A stretch of 64,000 bases of DNA from an uncultured Fibrobacterota bacterium (GCA_963729895.1 CAVSQB010000006.1:1-64000), one strand, 5' to 3'; counted from the first letter of the stretch, positions 48,694 to 59,070 are shown. A program made the numbers and translations. The notes: generated from the letters alone by a model not told the origin.

Positions 48694-49641
48694 TCAGCAG
48701 AACCCTTTCTCCGTGAGCCACTTCTGCGCGTCAAGCGCCGCCATGCACCCGCTGCCCGCCGCCGTGATCGCTTGGCGGTACCGGAAGTCCTGAACGTCGC
48801 CGCCGGCGAAAACGCCTTCTACGGAAGTCATGGTGGTGCCCGGATGGGTAAACACGTAGCCCGATTCGGTGAGCCGAAGTTGTTCGCCCAGGAACCCGGT
48901 GTTCGGCCGGTGGCCGATGGCCTCGAATGCTCCGTTTACTTCCAGGAAGGAAGCCTCGCCGGTGCGGGTGTCCTTGAGCCGGACGCCGCCGAGCAGTTTG
49001 TCGCCCACGAATTCCTCAACGACCTTGTTCCACAGGATCTCGATCTTCGCGTGCGAAAGCGCGTGTTCCTGCATGATGGTGCTTGCGCGAAGGGAATCGC
49101 GCCGGTGAATGAGAAATATTCTTGAGCCGAATTTGGAGAGATGGAGCGCTTCTTCAACCGCGGTGTCGCCGCCGCCGATCACGGCGATGGGTTTGTTGCG
49201 GAATGCCGGCAGCGCGCCGTCGCACACCGCGCAGGCCGAAATGCCCCGGCCGAAGAACTTCTTCTCTGAGTCGAGGGCAAGGCGCTTGGCGGTGGCGCCG
49301 GTTGAGATGATGAGCGAGCACGCCTCAAAGGTGTCCCCGCCGGAGGACGTGACGGAGAACGGGCGGGCGTCGAGCTTGACTGATTCAATATCTTCGGTGA
49401 GGATTTTGGCGCCGAAACGGAGGGCCTGTTGCCGCATGTCGGCCATGAGCTGCTGCCCGCCTATGCCTTCTTTGAAGCCGGGGAAATTTTCTATTATCGT
49501 GGTTATCATGAGCTGCCCGCCGGGAATCCCTCCGGCCTGGAACCCTTCGAAGAGCAGGGGAGAAAGGTTGGCGCGTGCGGCATAGATTGAGGCAGTGAGC
49601 CCGGACGGCCCGGACCCGATGATGATGAGCTTTTCGGACAT
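48694..49641 (-). CDS. trxB: Thioredoxin reductase
   Basis: IIGSGPSG, GGQL, CAVCDG, GGGDTAVEEA, HRR, GDVQD..YRQAITAAG. Confidence 0.97.
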   Translation of the reverse strand: MSEKLIIIGSGPSGLTASIYAARANLSPLLFEGFQAGGIPGGQLMITTIIENFPGFKEGIGGQQLMADMRQQALRFGAKILTEDIESVKLDARPFSVTSSGGDTFEACSLIISTGATAKRLALDSEKKFFGRGISACAVCDGALPAFRNKPIAVIGGGDTAVEEALHLSKFGSRIFLIHRRDSLRASTIMQEHALSHAKIEILWNKVVEEFVGDKLLGGVRLKDTRTGEASFLEVNGAFEAIGHRPNTGFLGEQLRLTESGYVFTHPGTTMTSVEGVFAGGDVQDFRYRQAITAAGSGCMAALDAQKWLTEKGFC

Positions 49642-50072
49642 TCTATCCTCCAGGGTTCCTCAGGGTGCCGGCCGCCGATGAGGACGGCGGCCACCTGTTG
49701 ATGGGCTGCAAATCCTGTGCCTCTCGAAAACACGAGGCATTTTGCTGAGACACGCCGGCCTTTGCGGTCCGGCACGGTTCGGAGTCGATCTCTTGTTGTT
49801 TGAACTTCCCCCCGGCATCGGGTATAATAATATCGAATAATCATCGTTATGCCGCAACAGAAAAACCTGGATTGTGACCCACGACACAAGCAAATCCATG
49901 AAGAATGGGATATGATTCACTATCAGGGACCGGAAACGCCCATGCAAGCTGAGGCGAGGCGACAGGGCAAAGACGGGCCGGTTTAGGCCGGTAAAAAGAT
50001 TGATCCTGACAACCCTGTTTTGCGACTGTGATAAGTGGGCGCCTGGCCACGTCATTTTTCAAGGGTGCTCTA

Positions 50073-51377
50073 CGTGTTGCCTCATAATAAAAGGTAACCG
50101 AAGGGTCAGATTCGATGCCTCACAAATGAGGTAACCGTAACAAGGTTGAAAATGGTTTTGAGTTTTCTTTCGATAGTCTTTTTTAATTGGAATGGATTGA
50201 GAGCACGGTGGGTCAGTTCAAGGCTTTGCTTGACTTCTGAAGCTATGTAAGGTGATTCAACGATTCTTTGATAGGGAGTTTTCGGTTCTTCATAGGTCTT
50301 GCGGTATCGAGATCCTATCCGGATTTTAGATTTGAGTTTCAGCGATGGACAGAAGTGGTTTTGATAGAGAGACCACTCGTTGGCATAGAGGTCGTTAATG
50401 AGGGGAAGCGTGTCGGGGTTTTCGATCCGATCATAACCAAGCATGTGCCTGGCCTGCGCCCAGTTTTTCTGTTCGACATGGGCGTTGTCGTTTTTCTTGT
50501 AGGGACGTGACCGGGTGAACTTTACAGGGTCTTGTCGCACGGCGAAGTAGCGTTCGAGATGATAGTTGAGGAACTCGGACCCGTTATCACAGTCAAAGCC
50601 ACGCAGGGCAAAAGGTATTCGTCGTTCGATGTCTTTAACCTGCTCAATGACACCCTGGGAGCCCTTATTCCACACAGCACGGCCTTCGGTCCAAGCAGTA
50701 TGGATGTCAGTCATGATAAGGCTCCACACAAATTCTCCGGCAAGGCTGGTGCCGCAATGGGCAACCGTATCCGCCTCCATGAATCCAGGCTGGGTAATAT
50801 CCCAGTTGTCGGTACGGATGGGGATTTGATTGCGCAGCATGGAGCCGGGCTTGGTGCCGCACAATCCCTTGCCCATACGCGTACGTAAAGGGCATAGGAC
50901 GCGGTCAAGCGTGGAGCGGCTGACAGAGAGGAGCCGCGCACGGACTTCCTCGGAAAGCAGTTCAAAGGATTGTTCGTAGAATGGCAGCCATACTGGAATG
51001 ACAACCTTAAGGCGGCGAGAGCACATGAAATCAGAGGCTTTCCAGATGTACTGTAACGCCTTAATAAAAAGCGGTTCAGCATATAAGGGTCTTCTTCCAC
51101 GCTTGGCTTTTTGTTTCTGTTTGCGTTTTCCAAGTAGCCGGATAGCGTACTTGCGATTGTATCGGCAAATCGCACAAAACTCATCGAGAATCTGCTTTTT
51201 GCCGGCTCTGTTGGAATGGGCATATCGTTGTCGTATCGCTTCCCGATATGCTTCTTTTTCTTTGTGCCCCATAGTGGTAACCCCCTTTTTTCTTGGGTTA
51301 CCTTAATTATGAGGCAACGAATCAATTGGTGCGTGTTTCGATTAAGCCTTCGGTTACATTTAATTTGAGGCAATGCG
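50073..51377 (-). mobile_element. rve integrase-type (ISNCY-like) IS copy 2, intact (1305 bp)
   Basis: Same IRs as copy 1; TCTA duplicated at 50069-50072 and 51378-51381. Confidence 0.94.
50106..51272 (-). CDS. Integrase-core (rve) DDE transposase
   Basis: Protein identical to 24940-26106. Confidence 0.92.
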   Translation of the reverse strand: MGHKEKEAYREAIRQRYAHSNRAGKKQILDEFCAICRYNRKYAIRLLGKRKQKQKAKRGRRPLYAEPLFIKALQYIWKASDFMCSRRLKVVIPVWLPFYEQSFELLSEEVRARLLSVSRSTLDRVLCPLRTRMGKGLCGTKPGSMLRNQIPIRTDNWDITQPGFMEADTVAHCGTSLAGEFVWSLIMTDIHTAWTEGRAVWNKGSQGVIEQVKDIERRIPFALRGFDCDNGSEFLNYHLERYFAVRQDPVKFTRSRPYKKNDNAHVEQKNWAQARHMLGYDRIENPDTLPLINDLYANEWSLYQNHFCPSLKLKSKIRIGSRYRKTYEEPKTPYQRIVESPYIASEVKQSLELTHRALNPFQLKKTIERKLKTIFNLVTVTSFVRHRI

Positions 51378-51402
51378 TCTATTCCAAGGCGCCCAAAGCA
51401 TA

Positions 51403-51432
51403 TTGACCTTTTCCACACGAACGTTGTATACT
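51403..51432 (+). promoter_or_regulatory. Candidate sigma70 promoter
   Basis: TTGACC-18 bp-TATACT upstream of ATG 51479. Confidence 0.4.
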
Positions 51433-51478
51433 CCATAGTGAGACGCCGGCTCAGCCACCTTTTCAAAGGACAGAAGCC

Positions 51479-52876
51479 ATGAAGAAGTTCGCGTTGACCC
51501 TCATCGTTGCGTGCGCCCTGGCGATGGCGGGCGGTGCGCAGGCTGCCACGATTTTTTCCGACAATTTCTCTGACACGAATGCGTCAAAAGTCAATTGGAA
51601 CCAACTGGCGGCGGCCGGGTTTTCCGAAACGTTTTCGAGCAAAGGGGTCACCCTGAAGAACACGAACGCCACCTATACGGCGTTCTTCATCCACTCGTTT
51701 GCGACCGCGCCGTCGATCTTTACGCTTTCGGCGCAGATCACTATTGCCAATGACACCGTCAACGGCGCCGGCCTCATGTACTGTTTCAGCGGCAACCCGA
51801 GCGTCCAGGGATACACGCTGGAGCTCGGGACTTCGCAGTATCTGTTCTGCGTCAAATTCACCAGCTCGAGCCAGCCCACTCTCAAGGACAAGTTCAGCCC
51901 TTTTGTCAAGCAACTTCCCGGGACCAACGTCCTCATGGTGAGCAAGACGACGGGGAACGTCTTTAATGTTTTCTGCAACGGCCACTATATCACGAGGTTC
52001 AGCGACACCCAGTTTCCGAGCGGCGATATCGCGATCCTTGTTCCGCCCGGTTCCACGATTACGGTGGACAGCGTACTCGTGACCGACCAGCCCACGAACC
52101 CGCCGGCCTCCGCCTGTTACGCGGATTCGTTTCTCACAACGGCAAGCGATGCATGGTCGAGCCCCTCTGCGGGCCAGGCGACGTTCGGCGCCGGCCAATT
52201 GGTTCTCAACAATACCGACAGCGTGTATTCGAGCACCATCTATGTGGACGGTGTGTCGCCTTCCGCATCGATCGAGGCGATCGTATCCCACAAGAGCGGC
52301 CCAGGCGGATACGGCGTTGCGTTTGTGGAAAGCGATTCGAACAGGATCGTTCCGTTTGCTTTCCTGGTGGATTCGTCAAGGAGATACTCTGTTGTCAACC
52401 CGGACAGCTCCACCGTGAGCTCGCAGCTCGGGCACGGCATCATCTACGGCGCACTCGGGACGGATACCTTGGAGGTACTGCAGTTTGCCACTAAGTTCGT
52501 GTTCCTGGTGAATGGTGCGGTGCAGGACACGGTTGCAATTCCCTCCGATTTCCGGATCGACGGAGCGGGTTTGTATGCAAGCGCGAAAACGGCCGTCACA
52601 TGCACGCGGTTTATCGCCGGGGGGGACAGCACGGGCGCACGGTGCGTGCCGACCGCTGTGTCCATTCCCGGCCATTCTTTTGTGATCGCAAAGACAGCGC
52701 TGCCGGTGTTCGGGAAAGGCAGCATTGTATACGACATGAGGGGACGCAGGATCGGCGTTTTCGACCGGGTGTCGTTTGAACGGGCGAACATCGTGAGCGG
52801 CCTGTACTTTGTGGTGCCGGCCGGACAGAAGCCGGGAAGCGCGCCGGCGCTTCGCGTGATGAAAACCGGGAATTAA
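51479..52876 (+). CDS. Secreted protein, two lectin-like beta-sandwich modules and a sorting-like tail
   Basis: Signal peptide AQA; two modules starting FSDNF / YADSF; tail VYDMRGRRIG...SGLYFVV. Confidence 0.8.
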   Translation: MKKFALTLIVACALAMAGGAQAATIFSDNFSDTNASKVNWNQLAAAGFSETFSSKGVTLKNTNATYTAFFIHSFATAPSIFTLSAQITIANDTVNGAGLMYCFSGNPSVQGYTLELGTSQYLFCVKFTSSSQPTLKDKFSPFVKQLPGTNVLMVSKTTGNVFNVFCNGHYITRFSDTQFPSGDIAILVPPGSTITVDSVLVTDQPTNPPASACYADSFLTTASDAWSSPSAGQATFGAGQLVLNNTDSVYSSTIYVDGVSPSASIEAIVSHKSGPGGYGVAFVESDSNRIVPFAFLVDSSRRYSVVNPDSSTVSSQLGHGIIYGALGTDTLEVLQFATKFVFLVNGAVQDTVAIPSDFRIDGAGLYASAKTAVTCTRFIAGGDSTGARCVPTAVSIPGHSFVIAKTALPVFGKGSIVYDMRGRRIGVFDRVSFERANIVSGLYFVVPAGQKPGSAPALRVMKTGN

Positions 52877-52897
52877 AGGCTTCGGCGGATACGAACG

Positions 52898-52939
52898 GCA
52901 CGAGCCCCGGTCAACCGGACCGGGGCTCGTGCTTTTTTT
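52898..52939 (+). terminator. Rho-independent terminator
   Basis: GCACGAGCCCCGGTC-AACCG-GACCGGGGCTCGTGC-TTTTTTT. Confidence 0.9.
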
Positions 52940-52966
52940 GGATAACCTGCGGTCCGCAATCCTCTG

Positions 52967-53003
52967 AAAAACAAGAAGCCCCGGTGTCCGCAACCGAGGC
53001 TTC
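52967..53003 (-). terminator. Probable rpmB terminator
   Basis: GAAGCCCCGGT...ACCGAGGCTTC preceded on the + strand by AAAAACAA. Confidence 0.6.
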
Positions 53004-53028
53004 CTGCCGCTTGCTCGTAAGGAACGTC

Positions 53029-53211
53029 CTACGTTTTTGCCATGGCCTTGAGGCACTTCATGCACACTTTCATCCGCCTGGATGTCCCGTTTATTTTCGT
53101 CTTTATGGTGCGCAGATTAGGAAAAAAGATCCTTTTGCTCACGTTGTGCGCGTGCGATATGGTTGAGCCCGAAGCGGGGCCCTTTCCGCACACTTCGCAT
53201 GTTTTTGACAT
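53029..53211 (-). CDS. rpmB: 50S ribosomal protein L28 (Zn-binding CxxC/CxxC form)
   Basis: MSKTCEVCGKGP..G..ISHAHN..KR.F.PNL...VCMKCLK. Confidence 0.96.
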   Translation of the reverse strand: MSKTCEVCGKGPASGSTISHAHNVSKRIFFPNLRTIKTKINGTSRRMKVCMKCLKAMAKT

Positions 53212-53413
53212 TGAGACCTCCTGGAGATTTCGGCGTATGTCGTTTTAACAGGTGAGTAATATAGATTATCCCCGTTTCGTTTTTCAAGAAAAGTGGTCCG
53301 CTGCGGCGCCGGGCGCTTTCCTGCATAGTTGAAGAATAATTTGGGGGCGGCATCACTTATCTTTTTTGCGGTTGCGCACGGACAAACACGAACCGGAGGC
53401 CGCACACAGGCCC

Positions 53414-54007
53414 ATGATTGAAAACCTGAAGCCCTTTTACAACGCTGCGCTGAGGCCGATTGCCGCGTTTCTTGCACGTTTCAATGTGCATCCCAACGCG
53501 ATAACGGGCGCCGGCGTGGCGCTTTCGGCGGCGGCGGCGTATTGCTGCGCCAGGCGCGGCTGGACTGCGGCCGCACTGCTCGTGTTTGCGGGATCATGCA
53601 TGGACGGCCTTGACGGGCTGGTCGCGCGGCAGACCGGGAAGAAATCCGGCTTCGGGGCCGTGCTCGATTCGGCGGGGGACAGGATAACCGAGGCGGCCTG
53701 GTTCTTCGGCATCATGGTGTTCTACATGGACAACCCCGGTTACGGCGGGGCGGGGGTGTATCTCGCTTTTCTTGCCCAAACCGGATCACAAATGGTAAGC
53801 TATGTGAGAGCGCGCTGTGAAGGCGCAGGCATTTCGTGCCGGCAGGGAATCCTGCAACGGCCGGAAAGGATCGTCGTCATTATTGCCTGCCTGCTTCTGG
53901 GGCCCAAGGTGATGGTGTGCGGACTCGGAATTCTCAGCGCGCTCGCGTTTGCAACCGTGGCCCAGCGCCTGGTTATCGCCCGTCGCGCCGCGAACAACAA
54001 ATCATGA
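53414..54007 (+). CDS. CDP-alcohol phosphatidyltransferase
   Basis: HPNAIT; DGLDGLVAR....SGFGAVLDSAGD; SYVRARCEG; RPER. Confidence 0.93.
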   Translation: MIENLKPFYNAALRPIAAFLARFNVHPNAITGAGVALSAAAAYCCARRGWTAAALLVFAGSCMDGLDGLVARQTGKKSGFGAVLDSAGDRITEAAWFFGIMVFYMDNPGYGGAGVYLAFLAQTGSQMVSYVRARCEGAGISCRQGILQRPERIVVIIACLLLGPKVMVCGLGILSALAFATVAQRLVIARRAANNKS

Positions 54008-54026
54008 CGTCCTAGCTCCGGAGGAA

Positions 54027-55379
54027 GTGCATTCCGTGCTGCTCTTGTCGCTCAAATTCTGGCGTGAGTACCGCACCAATCCCAAGGAGGCGCTCGAATC
54101 GCTTCGGGTCAACCGCCGGCGGGTCGCGCTGCCCGTCCTCAAGTTCTTCGTCTTTGTGAGAGTTTCGTTTTCGGAATACTTCCAGAACCACTGCATCACG
54201 CGCGCCGCCGCGCTGGCGTTTGCGCTGCTGCTCACCCTCATCCCGCTGCTGGTGTGCATATCGTTCATGATGACGAAGGTGATGGAGGTGCCCCTGCCGC
54301 AGGTGGAAAAGGTGGTCGCCTTTTTCCTGCCGTTTGCGCCACAGGCAATTCTCGCCCAGCTCAGCATTTTCTTTGCAAACGCGCAAAAGGTGAAGGGACT
54401 CGGCATCGGGGTGCTCATCATCGTCACGCTGAGCCTGTTCGGGACCGTGGAAGAGGCGCTCAACATCATCTGGAAAGTGGCAAGGTCGCGCTCATTCTTC
54501 GTGCGGCTGCGGACCTTCACCATGGTGATGGTGTACAGCCCCATACTGTTCTTTGCGTCGTTTCAGGTGCGGCGCAACATAATGCCCGATGTCAAGACCG
54601 TCTACATCTTCTCCCTCGACGCCCTTTCCTTTGTCCTCATCGTTCTGGCGTTCACCGTGTTCATCTGGGTGGTTCCCAATACCAAAGTCCGGTTCCGGAA
54701 CGCCATGGCCGGCGGGCTGGTATCGGGAATTCTGTTCGAGCTCGAGCGTCTGTGGTTTTCGATGTACGTGAGCTTCAACGTCCAGACCATGACCATCTAC
54801 GGCGCGTTCGGCATCTTCCTGTTCTTCCTCTTTTCGCTGTTTCTTGCGTCGTGTTTTGTCCTGTTCGGCGCCGAGGTGGCTTTTGTGGCGCAGAACTTCC
54901 GGCCGCTCCTTCGCGCCAAAAAACGCTGGGACCGCAGGATCAGCGATTACAAGACGTACATCAGCCTGCGGGTCATGATCGACGTGGTCGGCGCATTTCT
55001 CACCTCGAAGAAACCGCCCGCCCTGTCGCATTTCATGAAGGCATACGAGATGACCGAAACCCAGGCACGGGGAATCGTGAATTCGCTTGCCCGGTCCGGT
55101 TTCGTGCATGTTGTCAACGGGGCAGGCGGCAAGGACTCGTATGTTCCAACCAAGGATTTTGCCGCGGTGCGCCTGCGTGACGTTCTGGACGTCATCGAGG
55201 ACGAAAACCGGGGCATCCCCACCACGCCCGACGATTTTGCAAAGAATTACGTGGCCGGCCTCATTGCCGGCGTCCGGCAGCGGCCCGCGTCGAAAACGGA
55301 CGATTTGACATTCGAGAAGCTCGTTGCCGAAATTGAGCAGGGCGAGAAACGGTTCCAGAAAATGGGGCTGGGGATTTGA
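54027..55379 (+). CDS. YihY/BrkB family inner-membrane protein with C-terminal winged-helix extension
   Basis: RAAALAF..LL.LIP; EEALNIIW; VPNTKV; IYGAFG; LFGAEV. Confidence 0.9.
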   Translation: MHSVLLLSLKFWREYRTNPKEALESLRVNRRRVALPVLKFFVFVRVSFSEYFQNHCITRAAALAFALLLTLIPLLVCISFMMTKVMEVPLPQVEKVVAFFLPFAPQAILAQLSIFFANAQKVKGLGIGVLIIVTLSLFGTVEEALNIIWKVARSRSFFVRLRTFTMVMVYSPILFFASFQVRRNIMPDVKTVYIFSLDALSFVLIVLAFTVFIWVVPNTKVRFRNAMAGGLVSGILFELERLWFSMYVSFNVQTMTIYGAFGIFLFFLFSLFLASCFVLFGAEVAFVAQNFRPLLRAKKRWDRRISDYKTYISLRVMIDVVGAFLTSKKPPALSHFMKAYEMTETQARGIVNSLARSGFVHVVNGAGGKDSYVPTKDFAAVRLRDVLDVIEDENRGIPTTPDDFAKNYVAGLIAGVRQRPASKTDDLTFEKLVAEIEQGEKRFQKMGLGI

Positions 55380-55400
55380 GAACAGTCCTCGCAACGCAGG

Positions 55401-55898
55401 TCAGGGGTTTCTGTCGAGCGAAATGTCCACGGTCTTCTCCGCGTGGCCCATGTTATCCGAACCGCTTGCTCCTGTCAAGGAACTTTGCGGAACGGAAACA
55501 ATCGTGTCCCGAGGCGCAAACGATCCGTTCAGGTTGCCGTCAATGTCACTCGCTTCAATGCGCCAGGTGGTGTCTCCCGGCGCCCGGGAGAATTCCAGGG
55601 AATAGCGACCGGCGGTGTCGGAAAAGGCCGAATCGGGCGGATATTCTGAGCCGGTGGAGAGCGTGTCTTTGAGGGTAAGCCGGATATTCGGAATGGCCTG
55701 TCTTGTGTCCGCAGCGAGGATTGTGCCGGAAATTTTGTAGGAAGCCATGGGTATTCCGTACGCCGGGGCAGAATGTTGGAGGGGACTGCATTTGCAAACA
55801 AGGCCGATAACCGCCCCGATGGCGATGCTGAAGCATTTCAGGAACGTGAAATAACCGCTATGCGCCGCTCTCGTGAAGTGGGTCATGCGAGTCTCCAA
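55401..55898 (-). CDS. Putative radical SAM-associated lipoprotein
   Basis: Signal with Cys; PAYGIP.A.YKISG.I......AIPNI; DIDG..NG.F. Confidence 0.65.
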   Translation of the reverse strand: METRMTHFTRAAHSGYFTFLKCFSIAIGAVIGLVCKCSPLQHSAPAYGIPMASYKISGTILAADTRQAIPNIRLTLKDTLSTGSEYPPDSAFSDTAGRYSLEFSRAPGDTTWRIEASDIDGNLNGSFAPRDTIVSVPQSSLTGASGSDNMGHAEKTVDISLDRNP

Positions 55899-56213
55899 GG
55901 TTGAGCCCGATCGATAATATAGAGAAACGGCAGGGGAAAGTCACTCAATTATTTTCCTGGCGTGTCACGGTTGCAAACAATTCGGCCGCGAATTTCGGCA
56001 CCGTGCTGATCACGTTTGGCCCCTCGGCACTGCCACGATCATCGATCTTGCGGCAACTACATCAGGCTTCGCGCAATTCAGCGGCAATAACCAGGTGATA
56101 AACGGCACCATAAATGTTTCCATGACGATCACCCCGGCTACCGCTGGCGCGTCCACCGCCGGAAACAACCTCCAGGTAGACACCTTCAACCGTCAACTTC
56201 CAACTCTTTTTCC

Positions 56214-56243
56214 TTGACTCGACCCTTTGCTCTATTTTATTAT
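56214..56243 (+). promoter_or_regulatory. Candidate sigma70 promoter of the TA operon
   Basis: TTGACT-18 bp-TATTAT upstream of ATG 56279. Confidence 0.4.
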
Positions 56244-56278
56244 AGCTATGATAATCCACATTAGAATAAGGTGCCCCT

Positions 56279-56512
56279 ATGAAAACGATCCAAATGACTT
56301 TGGACGACGACCTTGTCACCGCAGTCGACACAGTGGTAAAGAAGATGCACACTTCACGTTCCGCTTTCACGCGCAGGGCCCTTCGGGATGCCTTGCATCG
56401 CATCAGCGTTTCAAAGCTTGAGCAGAAACACAGGGCCGGTTATACCACCCATCCTGTAATGGAAAAAGAATTCAGCGTCTGGGAAGACGCGCAGAAGTGG
56501 GGTGACAAATGA
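56279..56512 (+). CDS. Ribbon-helix-helix antitoxin (CopG/MazE-like)
   Basis: MKTIQMTLDDDL...VD......SRSAFTRRAL; ATGA overlap with the toxin. Confidence 0.88.
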   Translation: MKTIQMTLDDDLVTAVDTVVKKMHTSRSAFTRRALRDALHRISVSKLEQKHRAGYTTHPVMEKEFSVWEDAQKWGDK

Positions 56513-56820
56513 CGAGAGGTGAAGTGCGGTGGTACAAATTCAAAGCCCCCGACAAGAGAAGACCGGTTCTGATTTTGACGCGGAGTTCCATCATCGAATA
56601 CCTCGGAGAAGTAACAATCGCTCCGGTGACGTCCACTATCCGTGATATTCCGAGTGAAGTTATCTTGGGTGAAGACGATGGAATGCCAAAACCTTGCGCC
56701 ATCAACTGCGATCATATCCAGACGGTGTCGAGAGGAAGGATCGGTTCGCTTATTGCCACTGTCTCTCGTGAAAAGATGAATGCGGTGCGGCGGGCACTAC
56801 TGTTTGCGCTTGATTTGTAG
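56509..56820 (+). CDS. mazF: PemK/MazF-family endoribonuclease toxin
   Basis: RGEVRW, DKRRPVLIL, APVTS, CDHIQTV. Confidence 0.9.
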   Translation: MTRGEVRWYKFKAPDKRRPVLILTRSSIIEYLGEVTIAPVTSTIRDIPSEVILGEDDGMPKPCAINCDHIQTVSRGRIGSLIATVSREKMNAVRRALLFALDL

Positions 56821-56829
56821 GTGCGTTGA

Positions 56830-57630
56830 TTACCGAGTAGCCTTCTTGAATTCCCCCACACTCTTAGCCAGCAGTTTTATCATCCTCGCTTTATTCTTCA
56901 AATTTTCTTCAACAATCTTTACCAGTGCGCTTCCCACAATCGCGCCGTCCGCGCCTGCGGCCTTCATGTGCCTTACATGGCCGGGCGTGGAAATGCCGAA
57001 TCCCACACACAGGGGCCTGTCCGTGACGGACCGGAGTTTCGAAAGCGTGGCGTCTGCCGAGCTGTCCAGCTTCGCCTGCACGCCGGTTGTTCCAAGCCGC
57101 GAAACAACATAGACGAACCCGGTGACGTTTTTGCAGATGTATCGCATCCGGTCTCGCGGCGTGAGCTCGGACACGATATACACAGTTTGCAAACCGTGGC
57201 CGCGCATTGCGGCTGAGAGTTCGGCCGATTCTTCCGGCGGCATGTCTGCAACGAGCAGACTGTCTATGCCCGCGTCGGCCGCCTGTTTGCAAAATGCGCC
57301 ATAGCCGAGGTGGCGCGCCGAATTTGCATAGAGCAGGATGCCGAGGGGGATCTCGGAATAGGCGCGGATCTTCCCGACGAGCCGGAAGAAAGACGCATGC
57401 GTCAATCCTGAGGAGATGGAGCGAAGCGCTGCGCGCTGGTTGACCGGTCCGTCCGCTATGGGGTCGGAGAACGGGTACCCGATTTCGAGGATGTCGGCGC
57501 CGCCGTCGATGAACGCCTTGAAAACCGCCTCACTGGTTGTGAGGTCCGGATCGCCTGCGACTGCAAACGGGACAAAGGCGATCTCGTCGCGTCTTTTGAG
57601 CCGTGAGAAGGTTTCTGAATATCGGTTCAT
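56830..57630 (-). CDS. trpA: Tryptophan synthase alpha chain
   Basis: AGDP, EIGYPFSDPIADGP, DMPPEE, GTTG, VGFGIS, DGAIVGSA. Confidence 0.96.
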   Translation of the reverse strand: MNRYSETFSRLKRRDEIAFVPFAVAGDPDLTTSEAVFKAFIDGGADILEIGYPFSDPIADGPVNQRAALRSISSGLTHASFFRLVGKIRAYSEIPLGILLYANSARHLGYGAFCKQAADAGIDSLLVADMPPEESAELSAAMRGHGLQTVYIVSELTPRDRMRYICKNVTGFVYVVSRLGTTGVQAKLDSSADATLSKLRSVTDRPLCVGFGISTPGHVRHMKAAGADGAIVGSALVKIVEENLKNKARMIKLLAKSVGEFKKATR

Positions 57631-57821
57631 ATTTGGCAACATCCAACCTTACTATCTGGACCTCTTCGGTTTCTTTATGCCGCATGCGGCATACCTTAAC
57701 GAAGGCGTTGCGCGCGTCATGTTCCCGCTGGAAGGGGAGTGGGTGCAGATCGCCTCGCGCCGATTTCGGCGCGAGGCGATCTGCACTCCAGGGGAAACCG
57801 GATACGGTTTCCCCTCCAAGT

Positions 57822-59036
57822 CTAGATTTTCATCCCCAGATAATCCGCGACATGAAAAATATCCTTATCGCCCCGCCCCGACAAATTCACGATCATGATC
57901 TTGTTCTTTCCCATTTGTGGAGCCCGTTTGCCGGCATACGCAAGCGCATGCGCAGACTCCAGCGCGGGGATAATTCCTTCACACTCGCACAGCATGCGGA
58001 ACGCGTCGACGGCTTCCTTGTCCGTTGCATAGGTGTAGCGCGCGCGGCCGCTGGTGTACAAATAAGAATGCTGCGGCCCGACGCCGGAATAGTCGAGCCC
58101 GGCCGACACCGAGTGCGTGGTGGCGATCTGGCCGTGCTCGTCCTGCAGCACGTAGGAGAGCGAGCCGTGCAGGATGCCGGGGCGGGAAAGCCTGGTCGGC
58201 GTGAGCCTGGTGGCGTGTTTCCCCGTCGATAGACCGTATCCTCCCGCTTCCACGCCCGTAAGCCTTACGCGCTTGTCCTTAAGGAACGCCGAGAAAATAC
58301 CGATCGCATTCGAACCGCCGCCCACGCATGCCACGATCTCGTCGGGCAGCCGCCCGGCCGCGGCAAGAATCTGTCGCCGGGTTTCTTTTCCTATCACCGA
58401 CTGAAAATCCCTGACGATGGTGGGGAAGGGGTGCGGCCCGAGCGCGGAGCCGAACACATAGTGCGTGTGGGGGCACGAAAGCGTCCAGTCGCGGAGCGCC
58501 TCGTTTACCGCGTCTTTGAGCGTCCTGTTTCCGCTTTGCACGGGAACTACCGTGGCCCCGAGCAGGTCCATGCGGAACACGTTGGGGCGCTGTCGCGCCA
58601 TGTCAACGGTCCCCATGTAAATGTCGCACGACAGTCCCAGAAGCGCGGCGGCCGTCGCCGTTGCCACGCCGTGCTGGCCCGCGCCGGTCTCGGCAATGAC
58701 GCGGGTCTTGCCCATGTATTTTCCCAGCAGGGTCTGGCCGAGCGAATTGGTGATCTTATGGGCGCCGGTGTGGTTGAGGTCTTCGCGTTTTATGTAGATG
58801 CGCGCGCCGCCGAGCTTCTTGGTGAGGCCCTTTGCAAAGTAGAGCGGCGTGGGGCGGCCGCAGTAGTTCCTGAGAAGGGAACGGAATTCGTTCGTAAACG
58901 TTGCGTCCCGTTGTGCGGCGCGGTACGCCTTTTCTATTGCGGCAAGCGCCGGCATGAGCGTTTCGGGCGCGAATTGTCCGCCAAACGGGCCGAAATATCC
59001 TCTGGTGGTCATTGGGTATCCGTTGTCTCGTGTCAA
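57822..59036 (-). CDS. trpB: Tryptophan synthase beta chain
   Basis: [53 protein letters not shown]. Confidence 0.97.
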   Translation of the reverse strand: MTRDNGYPMTTRGYFGPFGGQFAPETLMPALAAIEKAYRAAQRDATFTNEFRSLLRNYCGRPTPLYFAKGLTKKLGGARIYIKREDLNHTGAHKITNSLGQTLLGKYMGKTRVIAETGAGQHGVATATAAALLGLSCDIYMGTVDMARQRPNVFRMDLLGATVVPVQSGNRTLKDAVNEALRDWTLSCPHTHYVFGSALGPHPFPTIVRDFQSVIGKETRRQILAAAGRLPDEIVACVGGGSNAIGIFSAFLKDKRVRLTGVEAGGYGLSTGKHATRLTPTRLSRPGILHGSLSYVLQDEHGQIATTHSVSAGLDYSGVGPQHSYLYTSGRARYTYATDKEAVDAFRMLCECEGIIPALESAHALAYAGKRAPQMGKNKIMIVNLSGRGDKDIFHVADYLGMKI

Positions 59037-59070
59037 TTAGCAGGAAAGCTAAACATAAAGATAGAGATTT

